A stretch of DNA of 64,000 nucleotides from Eledone cirrhosa (lineage: Eukaryota), in NCBI GenBank assembly GCA_964016885.1, contig OZ024741.1:289912001-289976000 (forward strand). Reading direction: 5' to 3'. Under the pieces are notes generated by a model. That model saw nothing but the letters and a program-made list of their open reading frames with translations. It was not told the origin of the DNA and ran no database searches. The first letter of the stretch is position 1; each line of letters opens with the position of its first letter. The translations under genes and the position numbers were made by a program. Positions 24,001 to 36,000 of this stretch are shown piece by piece.

Positions 24001-27000
24001 TGTAGCGTATCTGGTGTTGTTTGTGTAGTGTAGTCTGTCTGGTGTTGTCTGTGTAGTGTAGTGTGTCTGGTATTGTCTGTGTAGTGTAGTGTGTCTGGTG
24101 TTGTCTGCGTAGTGTAGTGTGTCGGGTGTTGTCTGTGTAGTGTAGTGTGTCTGTGTAGTGTAGTGTGTCTGGTATTGTCTGTGTAGTGTAGTGTCTATTG
24201 TGGTCTGTATAGTGTAGTGTGTGTGTTGATATTGTCTGTGTAGTGTAGTGTGTCTGGTATTGTCTGTGTAGTGTAGTGTGTCTGGTGTTGTCTGTGTAGT
24301 GTAGTGTGTCTGGTGTTGTCTGTGTAGTGTAGATTGTCTGGTGTTGCCTGTCTTGTGTAGTGTTTCTGGTGTTCTCTGTGTTCTGTAGTGTGTCTGGTGC
24401 TGTCTGTGTAGTGTAGTGTGTCTGGTGTTGTCTGTGTAGTGTAGTGTATCTGGTGTTGCCTGTGTAGTGAGTCTGGTGTTGTCTGTGTAGTGTAGTGTGT
24501 CTGGTGTTGTCTATGTAGTGTAGTGTGTCTGGTGTTGTCTGTGTAGTGTAGTGTGTCTGGCGTTGTCTGTGTAGTGTAGTGTATCTGGTGTTGTCTGTGT
24601 AGTGTAGTGTATCTGGTGTTGCCTGTGTAGTGTGTCTGGTGTTGTCTGTGTAGTGTACTGTGTCTGGTGTTGTCTGTGTAGTGTAGTGTGTCTAGTATTG
24701 TCTGTGTAGTGTAGTGTTTCTTTTGTGGTCTGTGTAGTGTAGTGTCTGGTGTTGTCTGTGTAGTGTAGTGTGTCTGGTGTTGTCTGTGTAGTGTAATGTA
24801 TCTGGTGTTGTTTGTGTAGTTTAGTATGTCTGGTGTTATCTGTGTAGTGTAGTGTGTCTGGTGTTGCCTATGTAGTGTAGTGTGTCTGGTATTGTCTGTG
24901 TAGTGTAGTGTGTCTGTTGTGGTCTGTGTAGTGTAGTGTGTGTGTGGTGTTGTCTGTGTAGTGTAGTGTGTCTGGTATTGTCTGTGTCGTGTAGTATGTC
25001 TGGTATTGCCTGTGTAGTGTAGTGTGTCTGGCGTTGTTTGTGTAGTGTAGTGTGTCTGTTGTGGTCTGTGTAGTATAGTGTGTCTGGTGTTGTCTGTGTA
25101 GTGTAGTGTGTCTGTTGTGCTCTGTGTAGTGTAGTCTGTCTGGTGTTGTCTGTGTAGTGTAGTGTGTCTGGTGTTGTCTTTGTAGTGTAGTGTGTCTGGT
25201 ATTGTCTGTGTAGTGTAGTGTGTCTGGTATTGTCTGTGTAGTGTAGTGTCTATTGTGGTCTGTATAGTGTAGTGTGTGTGTGATATTGTCTATGTAGTGT
25301 AGTGTGTCTGGTATTGTCTGTGTAGTGTGTCTGGTGTTGTCTGTGTAGTGTAATGTGTCTGGTGTTGTCTGTGTAGTGTAGTGTGTCTGGTATTGTCTGT
25401 GTAGTATAGTGTGTCTGTTGTTTTCTGTGTAGTGTAGTGTGCCTGTTGTTTTCTGTGTAGTGTAGTGTGTCTGGTGTTGTCTGTGTAGTGTAGATTGTCT
25501 GGTGTTGTCTGTGTAGTGTACCGTGTCTGGTATTGTCTGTGTAGTGTAGTGTGTCTGGTGTTGTCTGCGCAGTGTATTATGGTGTTGTCTGTGTAGTGTA
25601 GTGTGTCTGGTGTTGTCTGTGTAGTGTAGTGTATCTGGTGTTGTCTGTGTAGTGTAGTGTGTCTGGTGTTGTCTGTGTAGTGTAGTGTGTCTGGTGTTGT
25701 CTATGTAGTGTAGTGTGTCTGCTATTGTCTGTGTAGTGTAGTGTGTCTGTTGTGGTCTGTGTAGTGTAGTGTGTGTGTGGTGTTGTCTGTGTAGTGTAGT
25801 GTATCTGGTGTTGTCTGTGTAGTGTAGTGTGACTGGTGTTGTCTGTGTAGTGTAGTGTGTCTGGTATATTCTGTGTAGTGTAGTGTGTCTAGTGTAGTGT
25901 TTCTGGTGTTGTCTGTGTAGTGTAGTGTAGTGTGTCTGGTATTGTCTGTTAGTGTAGTGTGTCTGGTGTTGTCTGTGTAGTGTAGTGTATCTGGTGTTGT
26001 CTGTGTAGTGTAGTGTGTCTGGTGTTGTCTGTGTAGTGTAGTGTGTCTGGTGTTGTCTATGTAGTGTAGTGTGTCTGCTATTGTCTGTGTAGTGTAGTGT
26101 GTCTGTTGTGGTCTGTGTAGTGTAGTGTGTGTGTGGTGTTGTCTGTGTAGTGTAGTGTATCTGGTGTTGTCTGTGTAGTGTAGTGTGACTGGTGTTGTCT
26201 GTGTAGTGTAGTGTGTCTGGTATTTTCTGTGTAGTGTAGTGTGTCTAGTGTAGTGTTTCTGGTGTTGTCTGTGTAGTGTAGTGTGTCTGGTATTGTCTGT
26301 TAGTGTAGTGTGTCTGGTGTTGTCTGTGTAGTGTAGTGTGTCTGGTGTTGTCTGTGTAGTGTACTGTGTCTGGTGTTGTCTGTGTAGTGTAGTGTGTCTG
26401 GTATTGTCTGTGTAGTGTAGTGTGTCTGGTATATCTGTGTAGTGTAGTGTGTCTGGTATTGTCAGTGTAGTGTAGTGTGTCTGGTATTGTCTGTGTAGTG
26501 TAGTGTGTCTGGTGTTGTCTGTGTAGTGTAGTGTGTCTGGTGTTGTCTGTGTAGTGTAGATTGTCTGGTGTTGTCTGTGTAGTGTACTGTGTCTGGTATT
26601 GTCTGTGTAGTGTAGTGTGTCTGGTGTTGTCTGTGCAGTGTAGTATGGTGTTGTCTGTGTAGTGTAGTGTTTCTGGTGTTGTCTGTGTAGTGTAGCGTAT
26701 CTGGTGTTGTTTGTGTAGTGTAGTGTGTCTGGTGTTGTCTGTGTAGTGTAGTGTGTCTGGTATTGTCTGTGTAGTGTAGTGTGTCTGGTGTTGTCTGCGT
26801 AGTGTAGTGTGTCGGGTGTTGTCTGTGTAGTGTAGTGTGTCTGTGTAGTGTAGTGTGTCTGGTATTGTCTGTGTAGTGTAGTGTCTATTGTGGTCTGTAT
26901 AGTGTAGTGTGTGTGTTTATATTGTCTGTGTAGTGTAGTGTGTCTGGTATTGTCTGTGTAGTGTAGTGTGTCTGGTGTTGTCTGTGTAGTGTAGTGTGTC

Positions 27001-30000
27001 TGGTGTTGTCTGTGTAGTGTAGATTGTCTGGTGTTGCCTGTCTTGTGTAGTGTTTCTGGAGTTCTCTGTGTTCTGTAGTGTGTCTGGTGCTGTCTGTGTA
27101 GTGTAGTGTGTCTGGTGTTGTCTGTGTAGTGTAGTGCATATGGTGTTGCCTGTGTAGTGAGTCTGGTGTTGTCTGTGTAGTGTAGTGTGTCTGGTGTTGT
27201 CTATGTAGTGTAGTGTGTCTGGTGTTGTCTGTGTAGTGTAGTGTGTCTGGCGTTGTCTGTGTAGTGTAGTGTATCTGGTGTTGTCTGTGTAGTGTAGTGT
27301 ATCTGGTGTTGCCTGTGTAGTGTGTCTGGTGTTGTCTGTGTAGTGTACTGTGTCTGGTGTTGTCTGTGTAGTGTAGTGTGTCTAGTATTGTCTGTGTAGT
27401 GTAGTGTTTCTTTTGTGGTCTGTGTAGTGTAGTGTCTGGTGTTGTCTGTGTAGTGTAGTGTGTCTGGTGTTGTCTGTGTAGTGTAATGTATCTGGTGTTG
27501 TTTGTGTAGTTTAGTATGTCTGGTGTTATCTGTGTAGTGTAGTGTGTCTGGTGTTGCCTATGTAGTGTGTCTGGTATTGTCTGTGTAGTGTAGTGTGTCT
27601 GTTGTGGTCTGTGTAGTGTAGTGTGTGTGTGGTGTTGTCTGTGTAGTGTAGTGTGTCTGGTATTGTCTGTGTCGTGTAGTATGTCTGGTATTGCCTGTGT
27701 AGTGTAGTGTGTCTGGCGTTGTTTGTGTAGTGTAGTGTGTCTGTTGTGGTCTGTGTAGTATAGTGTGTCTGGTGTTGTCTGTGTAGTGTAGTGTGTCTGT
27801 TGTGCTCTGTGTAGTGTAGTCTGTCTGGTGTTGTCTGTGTAGTGTAGTGTGTCTGGTGTTGTCTTTGTAGTGTAGTGTGTCTGGTATTGTCTGTGTAGTG
27901 TAGTGTGTCTGGTATTGTCTGTGTAGTGTAGTGTCTATTGTGGTCTGTATAGTGTAGTGTGTGTGTGATATTGTCTATGTAGTGTAGTGTGTCTGGTATT
28001 GTCTGTGTAGTGTGTCTGGTGTTGTCTGTGTAGTGTAATGTGTCTGGTGTTGTCTGTGTAGTGTAGTGTGTCTGGTATTGTCTGTGTAGTATAGTGTGTC
28101 TGTTGTTTTCTGTGTAGTGTAGTGTGCCTGTTGTTTTCTGTGTAGTGTAGTGTGTCTGGTGTTGTCTGTGTAGTGTAGATTGTCTGGTGTTGTCTGTGTA
28201 GTGTACCGTGTCTGGTATTGTCTGTGTAGTGTAGTGTGTCTGGTGTTGTCTGTGCAGTGTAGTATGGTGTTGTCTGTGTAGTGTAGTGTGTCTGGTGTTG
28301 TCTGTGTAGTGTAGTGTATCTGGTGTTGTCTGTGTAGTGTAGTGTGTCTGGTGTTGTCTGTGTAGTGTAGTGTGTCTGGTGTTGCCTATGTAGTGTAGTG
28401 TGTCTGCTATTGTCTGTGTAGTGTAGTGTGTCTGTTGTGGTCTGTGTAGTGTAGTGTGTGTGTGGTGTTGTCTGTGTAGTGTAGTGTATCTGGTGTTGTC
28501 TGTGTAGTGTAGTGTGACTGGTGTTGTCTGTGTAGTGTAGTGTGTCTGGTATTTTCTGTGTAGTGTAGTGTGTCTAGTGTAGTGTTTCTGGTGTTGTCTG
28601 TGTAGTGTAGTGTGTCTGGTATTGTCTGTTAGTGTAGTGTGTCTGGTGTTGTCTGTGTAGTGTAGTGTGTCTGGTGTTGTCTGTGTAGTGTACTGTGTCT
28701 GGTGTTGTCTGTGTAGTGTAGTGTGTCTGGTATTGTCTGTGTAGTGTAGTGTGTCTGGTATATCTGTGTAGTGTAGTGTGTCTGGTATTGTCTGTGTAGT
28801 GTAGTGTGTCTGGTATTGTCTGTGTAGTGTAGTGTGTCTGGTGTTGTCTGTGTAGTGTAGTGTGTCTGGTGTTGTCTGTGTAGTGTAGATTGTCTGGTGT
28901 TGTCTGTGTAGTGTACTGTGTCTGGTATTGTCTGTGTAGTGTAGTGTGTCTGGTGTTGTCTGTGCAGTGTAGTATGGTGTTGTCTGTGTAGTGTAGTGTT
29001 TCTGGTGTTGTCTGTGTAGTGTAGCGTATCTGGTGTTGTTTGTGTAGTGTAGTGTGTCTGGTGTTGTCTGTGTAGTGTAGTGTGTCTAGTATTGTCTGTG
29101 TAGTGTAGTGTGTCTGGTGTTGTCTGCGTAGTGTAGTGTGTCTGGTATTGTCTGTGTAGTATAGTGTGTCTGTTGTTTTCTGTGTAGTGTAGTGTGCCTG
29201 TTGTTTTCTGTGTAGTGTAGTGTGTCTGGTGTTGTCTGTGTAGTGTAGATTGTCTGGTGTTGTCTGTGTAGTGTACCGTGTCTGGTATTGTCTGTGTAGT
29301 GTAGTGTCTGGTGTTGTCTGTGCAGTGTAGTATGGTGTTGTCTGTGTAGTGTAGTGTGTCTGGTGTTGTCTGTGTAGTGTAGTGTATCTGGTGTTGTCTG
29401 TGTAGTGTAGTGTGTCTGGTGTTGTCTGTGTAGTGTAGTGTGTCTGGTGTTGTCTATGTAGTGTAGTGTGTCTGCTATTGTCTGTGTAGTGTAGTGTGTC
29501 TGTTGTGGTCTGTGTAGTGTAGTGTGTGTGTGGTGTTGTCTGTGTAGTGTAGTGTGACTGGTGTTGTCTGTGTAGTGTAGTGTGTCTGGTATTTTCTGTG
29601 TAGTGTAGTGTGTCTAGTGTAGTGTTTCTGGTGTTGTCTGTGTAGTGTAGTGTGTCTGGTATTGTCTGTTAGTGTAGTGTGTCTGGTGTTGTCTGTGTAG
29701 TGTAGTGTGTCTGGTGTTGTCTGTGTAGTGTACTGTGTCTGGTGTTGTCTGTGTAGTGTAGTGTGTCTGGTATTGTCTGTGTAGTGTAGTGTGTCTGGTA
29801 TATCTGTGTAGTGTAGTGTGTCTGGTATTGTCTGTGTAGTGTAGTGTGTCTGGTATTGTCTGTGTAGTGTAGTGTGTCTGGTGTTGTCTGTGTAGTGTAG
29901 TGTGTCTGGTGTTGTCTGTGTAGTGTAGATTGTCTGGTGTTGTCTGTGTAGTGTACTGTGTCTGGTATTGTCTGTGTAGTGTAGTGTGTCTGGTGTTGTC

Positions 30001-33000
30001 TGTGCAGTGTAGTATGGTGTTGTCTGTGTAGTGTAGTGTTTCTGGTGTTGTCTGTGTAGTGTAGCGTATCTGGTGTTGTTTGTGTAGTGTAGTGTGTCTG
30101 GTGTTGTCTGTGTAGTGTAGTGTGTCTGGTATTGTCTGTGTAGTGTAGTGTGTCTGGTGTTGTCTGCGTAGTGTAGTGTGTCGGGTGTTGTCTGTGTAGT
30201 GTAGTGTGTCTGTGTAGTGTAGTGTGTCTGGTATTGTCTGTGTAGTGTAGTGTCTATTGTGGTCTGTATAGTGTAGTGTGTGTGTTGATATTGTCTGTGT
30301 AGTGTAGTGTGTCTGGTATTGTCTGTGTAGTGTAGTGTGTCTGGTGTTGTCTGTGTAGTGTAGTGTGTCTGGTGTTGTCTGTGTAGTGTAGATTGTCTGG
30401 TGTTGCCTGTCTTGTGTAGTGTTTCTGGTGTTCTCTGTGTTCTGTAGTGTGTCTGGTGCTGTCTGTGTAGTGTAGTGTGTCTGGTGTTGTCTGTGTAGTG
30501 TAGTGTATCTGGTGTTGCCTGTGTAGTGAGTCTGGTGTTGTCTGTGTAGTGTAGTGTGTCTGGTGTTGTCTATGTAGTGTAGTGTGTCTGGTGTTGTCTG
30601 TGTAGTGTAGTGTGTCTGGTGTTGTCTGTGTAGTGTAGTGTGTCTGGTGTTGTCTGTGTAGTGTAATGTATCTGGTGTTGTTTGTGTAGTTTAGTATGTC
30701 TGGTGTTATCTGTGTAGTGTAGTGTGTCTGGTGTTGCCTATGTAGTGTAGTGTGTCTGGTATTGTCTGTGTAGTGTAGTGTGTCTGTTGTGGTCTGTGTA
30801 GTGTAGTGTGTGTGTGGTGTTGTCTGTGTAGTGTAGTGTGTCTGGTATTGTCTGTGTCGTGTAGTATGTCTGGTATTGCCTGTGTAGTGTAGTGTGTCTG
30901 GCGTTGTTTGTGTAGTGTAGTGTGTCTGTTGTGGTCTGTGTAGTATAGTGTGTCTGGTGTTGTCTGTGTAGTGTAGTGTGTCTGTTGTGCTCTGTGTAGT
31001 GTAGTCTGTCTGGTGTTGTCTGTGTAGTGTAGTGTGTCTGGTGTTGTCTTTGTAGTGTAGTGTGTCTGGTATTGTCTGTGTAGTGTAGTGTGTCTGGTAT
31101 TGTCTGTGTAGTGTAGTGTCTATTGTGGTCTGTATAGTGTAGTGTGTGTGTGATATTGTCTATGTAGTGTAGTGTGTCTGGTATTGTCTGTGTAGTGTGT
31201 CTGGTGTTGTCTGTGTAGTGTAATGTGTCTGGTGTTGTCTGTGTAGTGTAGTGTGTCTGGTATTGTCTGTGTAGTATAGTGTGTCTGTTGTTTTCTGTGT
31301 AGTGTAGTGTGCCTGTTGTTTTCTGTGTAGTGTAGTGTGTCTGGTGTTGTCTGTGTAGTGTAGATTGTCTGGTGTTGTCTGTGTAGTGTACCGTGTCTGG
31401 TATTGTCTGTGTAGTGTAGTGTGTCTGGTGTTGTCTGTGCAGTGTAGTATGGTGTTGTCTGTGTAGTGTAGTGTGTCTGGTGTTGTCTGTGTAGTGTAGT
31501 GTATCTGGTGTTGTCTGTGTAGTGTAGTGTGTCTGGTGTTGTCTGTGTAGTGTAGTGTGTCTGGTGTTGTCTATGTAGTGTAGTGTGTCTGCTATTGTCT
31601 GTGTAGTGTAGTGTGTCTGTTGTGGTCTGTGTAGTGTAGTGTGTGTGTGGTGTTGTCTGTGTAGTGTAGTGTATCTGGTGTTGTCTGTGTAGTGTAGTGT
31701 GACTGGTGTTGTCTGTGTAGTGTAGTGTGTCTGGTATTTTCTGTGTAGTGTAGTGTGTCTAGTGTAGTGTTTCTGGTGTTGTCTGTGTAGTGTAGTGTGT
31801 CTGGTATTGTCTGTTAGTGTAGTGTGTCTGGTGTTGTCTGTGTAGTGTAGTGTATCTGGTGTTGTCTGTGTAGTGTAGTGTGTCTGGTGTTGTCTGTGTA
31901 GTGTAGTGTGTCTGGTGTTGTCTATGTAGTGTAGTGTGTCTGCTATTGTCTGTGTAGTGTAGTGTGTCTGTTGTGGTCTGTGTAGTGTAGTGTGTGTGTG
32001 GTGTTGTCTGTGTAGTGTAGTGTATCTGGTGTTGTCTGTGTAGTGTAGTGTGACTGGTGTTGTCTGTGTAGTGTAGTGTGTCTGGTATTTTCTGTGTAGT
32101 GTAGTGTGTCTAGTGTAGTGTTTCTGGTGTTGTCTGTGTAGTGTAGTGTGTCTGGTATTGTCTGTTAGTGTAGTGTGTCTGGTGTTGTCTGTGTAGTGTA
32201 GTGTGTCTGGTGTTGTCTGTGTAGTGTACTGTGTCTGGTGTTGTCTGTGTAGTGTAGTGTGTCTGGTATTGTCTGTGTAGTGTAGTGTGTCTGGTATATC
32301 TGTGTAGTGTAGTGTGTCTGGTATTGTCTGTGTAGTGTAGTGTGTCTGGTATATCTGTGTAGTGTAGTGTGTCTGGTGTTGTCTGTGTAGTGTAGTGTGT
32401 CTGGTGTTGTCTATGTAGTGTAGTGTGTCTGGTGTTGTCTGTGTAGTGTAGTGTGTCTGGCGTTGTCTGTGTAGTGTAGTGTATCTGGTGTTGTCTGTGT
32501 AGTGTAGTGTATCTGGTGTTGCCTGTGTAGTGTGTCTGGTGTTGTCTGTGTAGTGTACTGTGTCTGGTGTTGTCTGTGTAGTGTAGTGTGTCTAGTATTG
32601 TCTGTGTAGTGTAGTGTTTCTTTTGTGGTCTGTGTAGTGTAGTGTCTGGTGTTGTCTGTGTAGTGTAGAGTGTGTGGTGTTGTCTGTGTAGTGTAATGTA
32701 TCTGGTGTTGTTTGTGTAGTTTAGTATGTCTGGTGTTATCTGTGTAGTGTAGTGTGTCTGGTGTTGCCTATGTAATGTAGTGTGTCTGGTATTGTCTGTG
32801 TAGTGTAGTGTGTCTGTTGTGGTCTGTGTAGTGTAGTGTGTGTGTGGTGTTGTCTGTGTAGTGTAGTGTGTCTGGTATTGTCTGTGTCGTGTAGTATGTC
32901 TGGTATTGCCTGTGTAGTGTAGTGTGTCTGGCGTTGTTTGTGTAGTGTAGTGTGTCTGTTGTGGTCTGTGTAGTATAGTGTGTCTGGTGTTGTCTGTGTA

Positions 33001-36000
33001 GTGTAGTGTGTCTGTTGTGCTCTGTGTAGTGTAGTCTGTCTGGTGTTGTCTGTGTAGTGTAGTGTGTCTGGTGTTGTCTTTGTAGTGTAGTGTGTCTGGT
33101 ATTGTCTGTGTAGTGTAGTGTGTCTGGTATTGTCTGTGTAGTGTAGTGTCTATTGTGGTCTGTATAGTGTAGTGTGTGTGTGATATTGTCTATGTAGTGT
33201 AGTGTGTCTGGTATTGTCTGTGTAGTGTGTCTGGTGTTGTCTGTGTAGTGTAATGTGTCTGGTGTTGTCTGTGTAGTGTAGTGTGTCTGGTATTGTCTGT
33301 GTAGTATAGTGTGTCTGTTGTTTTCTGTGTAGTGTAGTGTGCCTGTTGTTTTCTGTGTAGTGTAGTGTGTCTGGTGTTGTCTGTGTAGTGTAGATTGTCT
33401 GGTGTTGTCTGTGTAGTGTACCGTGTCTGATATTGTCTGTGTAGTGTAGTGTGTCTGGTGTTGTCTGTGCAGTGTAGTATGGTGTTGTCTGTGTAGTGTA
33501 GTGTGTCTGGTGTTGTCTGTGTAGTGTAGTGTATCTGGTGTTGTCTGTGTAGTGTAGTGTGTCTGATGTTGTCTGTGTAGTGTAGTGTGTCTGGTGTTGT
33601 CTATGTAGTGTAGTGTGTCTGCTATTGTCTGTGTAGTGTAGTGTGTCTGTTGTGGTCTGTGTAGTGTAGTGTGTGTGTGGTGTTGTCTGTGTAGTGTAGT
33701 GTATCTGGTGTTGTCTGTGTAGTGTAGTGTGACTGGTGTTGTCTGTGTAGTGTAGTGTGTCTGGTATTTTCTGTGTAGTGTAGTGTGTCTAGTGTAGTGT
33801 TTCTGGTGTTGTCTGTGTAGTGTAGTGTGTCTGGTATTGTCTGTTAGTGTAGTGTGTCTGGTGTTGTCTGTGTAGTGTAGTGTATCTGGTGTTGTCTGTG
33901 TAGTGTAGTGTGTCTGGTGTTGTCTGTGTAGTGTAGTGTGTCTGGTGTTGTCTATGTAGTGTAGTGTGTCTGCTATTGTCTGTGTAGTGTAGTGTGTCTG
34001 TTGTGGTCTGTGTAGTGTAGTGTGTGTGTGGTGTTGTCTGTGTAGTGTAGTGTATCTGGTGTTGTCTGTGTAGTGTAGTGTGACTGGTGTTGTCTGTGTA
34101 GTGTAGTGTGTCTGGTATTTTCTGTGTAGTGTAGTGTGTCTAGTGTAGTGTTTCTGGTGTTGTCTGTGTAGTGTAGTGTGTCTGGTATTGTCTGTTAGTG
34201 TAGTGTGTCTGGTGTTGTCTGTGTAGTGTAGTGTGTCTGGTGTTGTCTGTGTAGTGTACTGTGTCTGGTGTTGTCTGTGTAGTGTAGTGTGTCTGGTATT
34301 GTCTGTGTAGTGTAGTGTGTCTGGTATATCTGTGTAGTGTAGTGTGTCTGGTATTGTCTGTGTAGTGTAGTGTGTCTGGTATTGTCTGTGTAGTGTAGTG
34401 TGTCTGGTGTTGTCTGTGTAGTGTAGTGTGTCTGGTGTTGTCTGTGTAGTGTAGATTGTCTGGTGTTGTCTGTGTAGTGTACTGTGTCTGGTATTGTCTG
34501 TGTAGTGTAGTGTCTGGTGTTGTCTGTGCAGTGTAGTATGGTGTTGTCTGTGTAGTGTAGTGTTTCTGGTGTTGTCTGTGTAGTGTAGCGTATCTGGTGT
34601 TGTTTGTGTAGTGTAGTGTGTCTGGTGTTGTCTGTGTAGTGTAGTGTGTCTGGTATTGTCTGTGTAGTGTAGTGTGTCTGGTGTTGTCTGCGTAGTGTAG
34701 TGTGTCGGGTGTTGTCTGTGTAGTGTAGTGTGTCTGTGTAGTGTAGTGTGTCTGGTATTGTCTGTGTAGTGTAGTGTCTATTGTGGTCTGTATAGTGTAG
34801 TGTGTGTGTTGATATTGTCTGTGTAGTGTAGTGTGTTTGGTATTGTCTGTGTAGTGTAGTGTGTCTGGTGTTGTCTGTGTAGTGTAGTGTGTCTGGTGTT
34901 GTCTGTGTAGTGTAGATTGTCTGGTGTTGCCTGTCTTGTGTAGTGTTTCTGGTGTTCTCTGTGTTCTGTAGTGTGTCTGGTGCTGTCTGTGTAGTGTAGT
35001 GTGTCTGGTGTTGTCTGTGTAGTGTTGTGTGTCTGTTGTGGTCTGTGTAGTGTAGTGTGTCTGGTGTTGTCTGTGTAATGTAGTGTGTCTGGTATTGTCT
35101 GTGTAGTGTAGTGTAGTGTGTCTGGTATTGTCAGTATAGTGTAGTGTGTCTGGTGATGTCTGTGTAGTGTAGTGTATCTGGTGTTTTCTGTGTAGTGTAG
35201 TGTGTTTGGTTTTGTCTTTGTAATGTTGTGTGTCTCGTATTGTCTGTGTAGTGTAGTGTGTTGGTTTTGTCCGTGTAGTGTAGTCTGTCTGGTGTTGTCT
35301 GTGTAGTGTAGTGTGTCTGGTGTTGTCTGTGTAGTGTAGTGTGTCTGGTATTGTCTGTGTAGTGTAGTGTGTCTGGTATTGTTTGTGTAGTGTAGTGTCT
35401 ATTGTGGTCTGTATAGTGTAGTGTGTGTGTGATATTGTCTGTGTAGTGTAGTGTGTCTGGTATTGTCGGTGTAGTGTAGTGTGTCTGGTGTTGTCTGTGT
35501 AGTGTAGTGTGTCTGGTATTGTCTGAGTAGTGTAGTGTGTCTGGTGTTGTCTGTGTAGTGTAGTGTGTCTGGTGTTGTCTGTGTCGTGTAGTGTGTCTGG
35601 TGTTGTCTGTGTAGTCTAGTGTGTCTGGTGTATTCTGTGTAGTGTAGTGAGTCTGGTGTTGTCTGTGTAGTGTAGTGTGTCTGGTGATGTCTGTGTAATG
35701 TAGTGTGTCTGGTGTTGTCTGTGTAGTGTGTCTGGTATTGTCTGTGTAGTGTAGTGTGTCTGGTGTTGTCTGTGGAGTGTAGTATGGTGTTGTCTGTGTA
35801 GTGTAGTGTGTCTGGTGTTGTCTGTGTAGTGTAGTGTATCTGGTGTTGTCTGTGTAGTGTAGTGTGTCTGGTGTTGTCTGTGTAGTGTAGTGTGTCTGGT
35901 ATTGTCTGTGTATTGTAGTGTGTCTGGTGTTGTCTGTGTAGTGTAGTGTGTCTGGTGTTGTCTGTGTAGTGTAGTGTGTCTGGTATTGTCTGTGTAGTGT

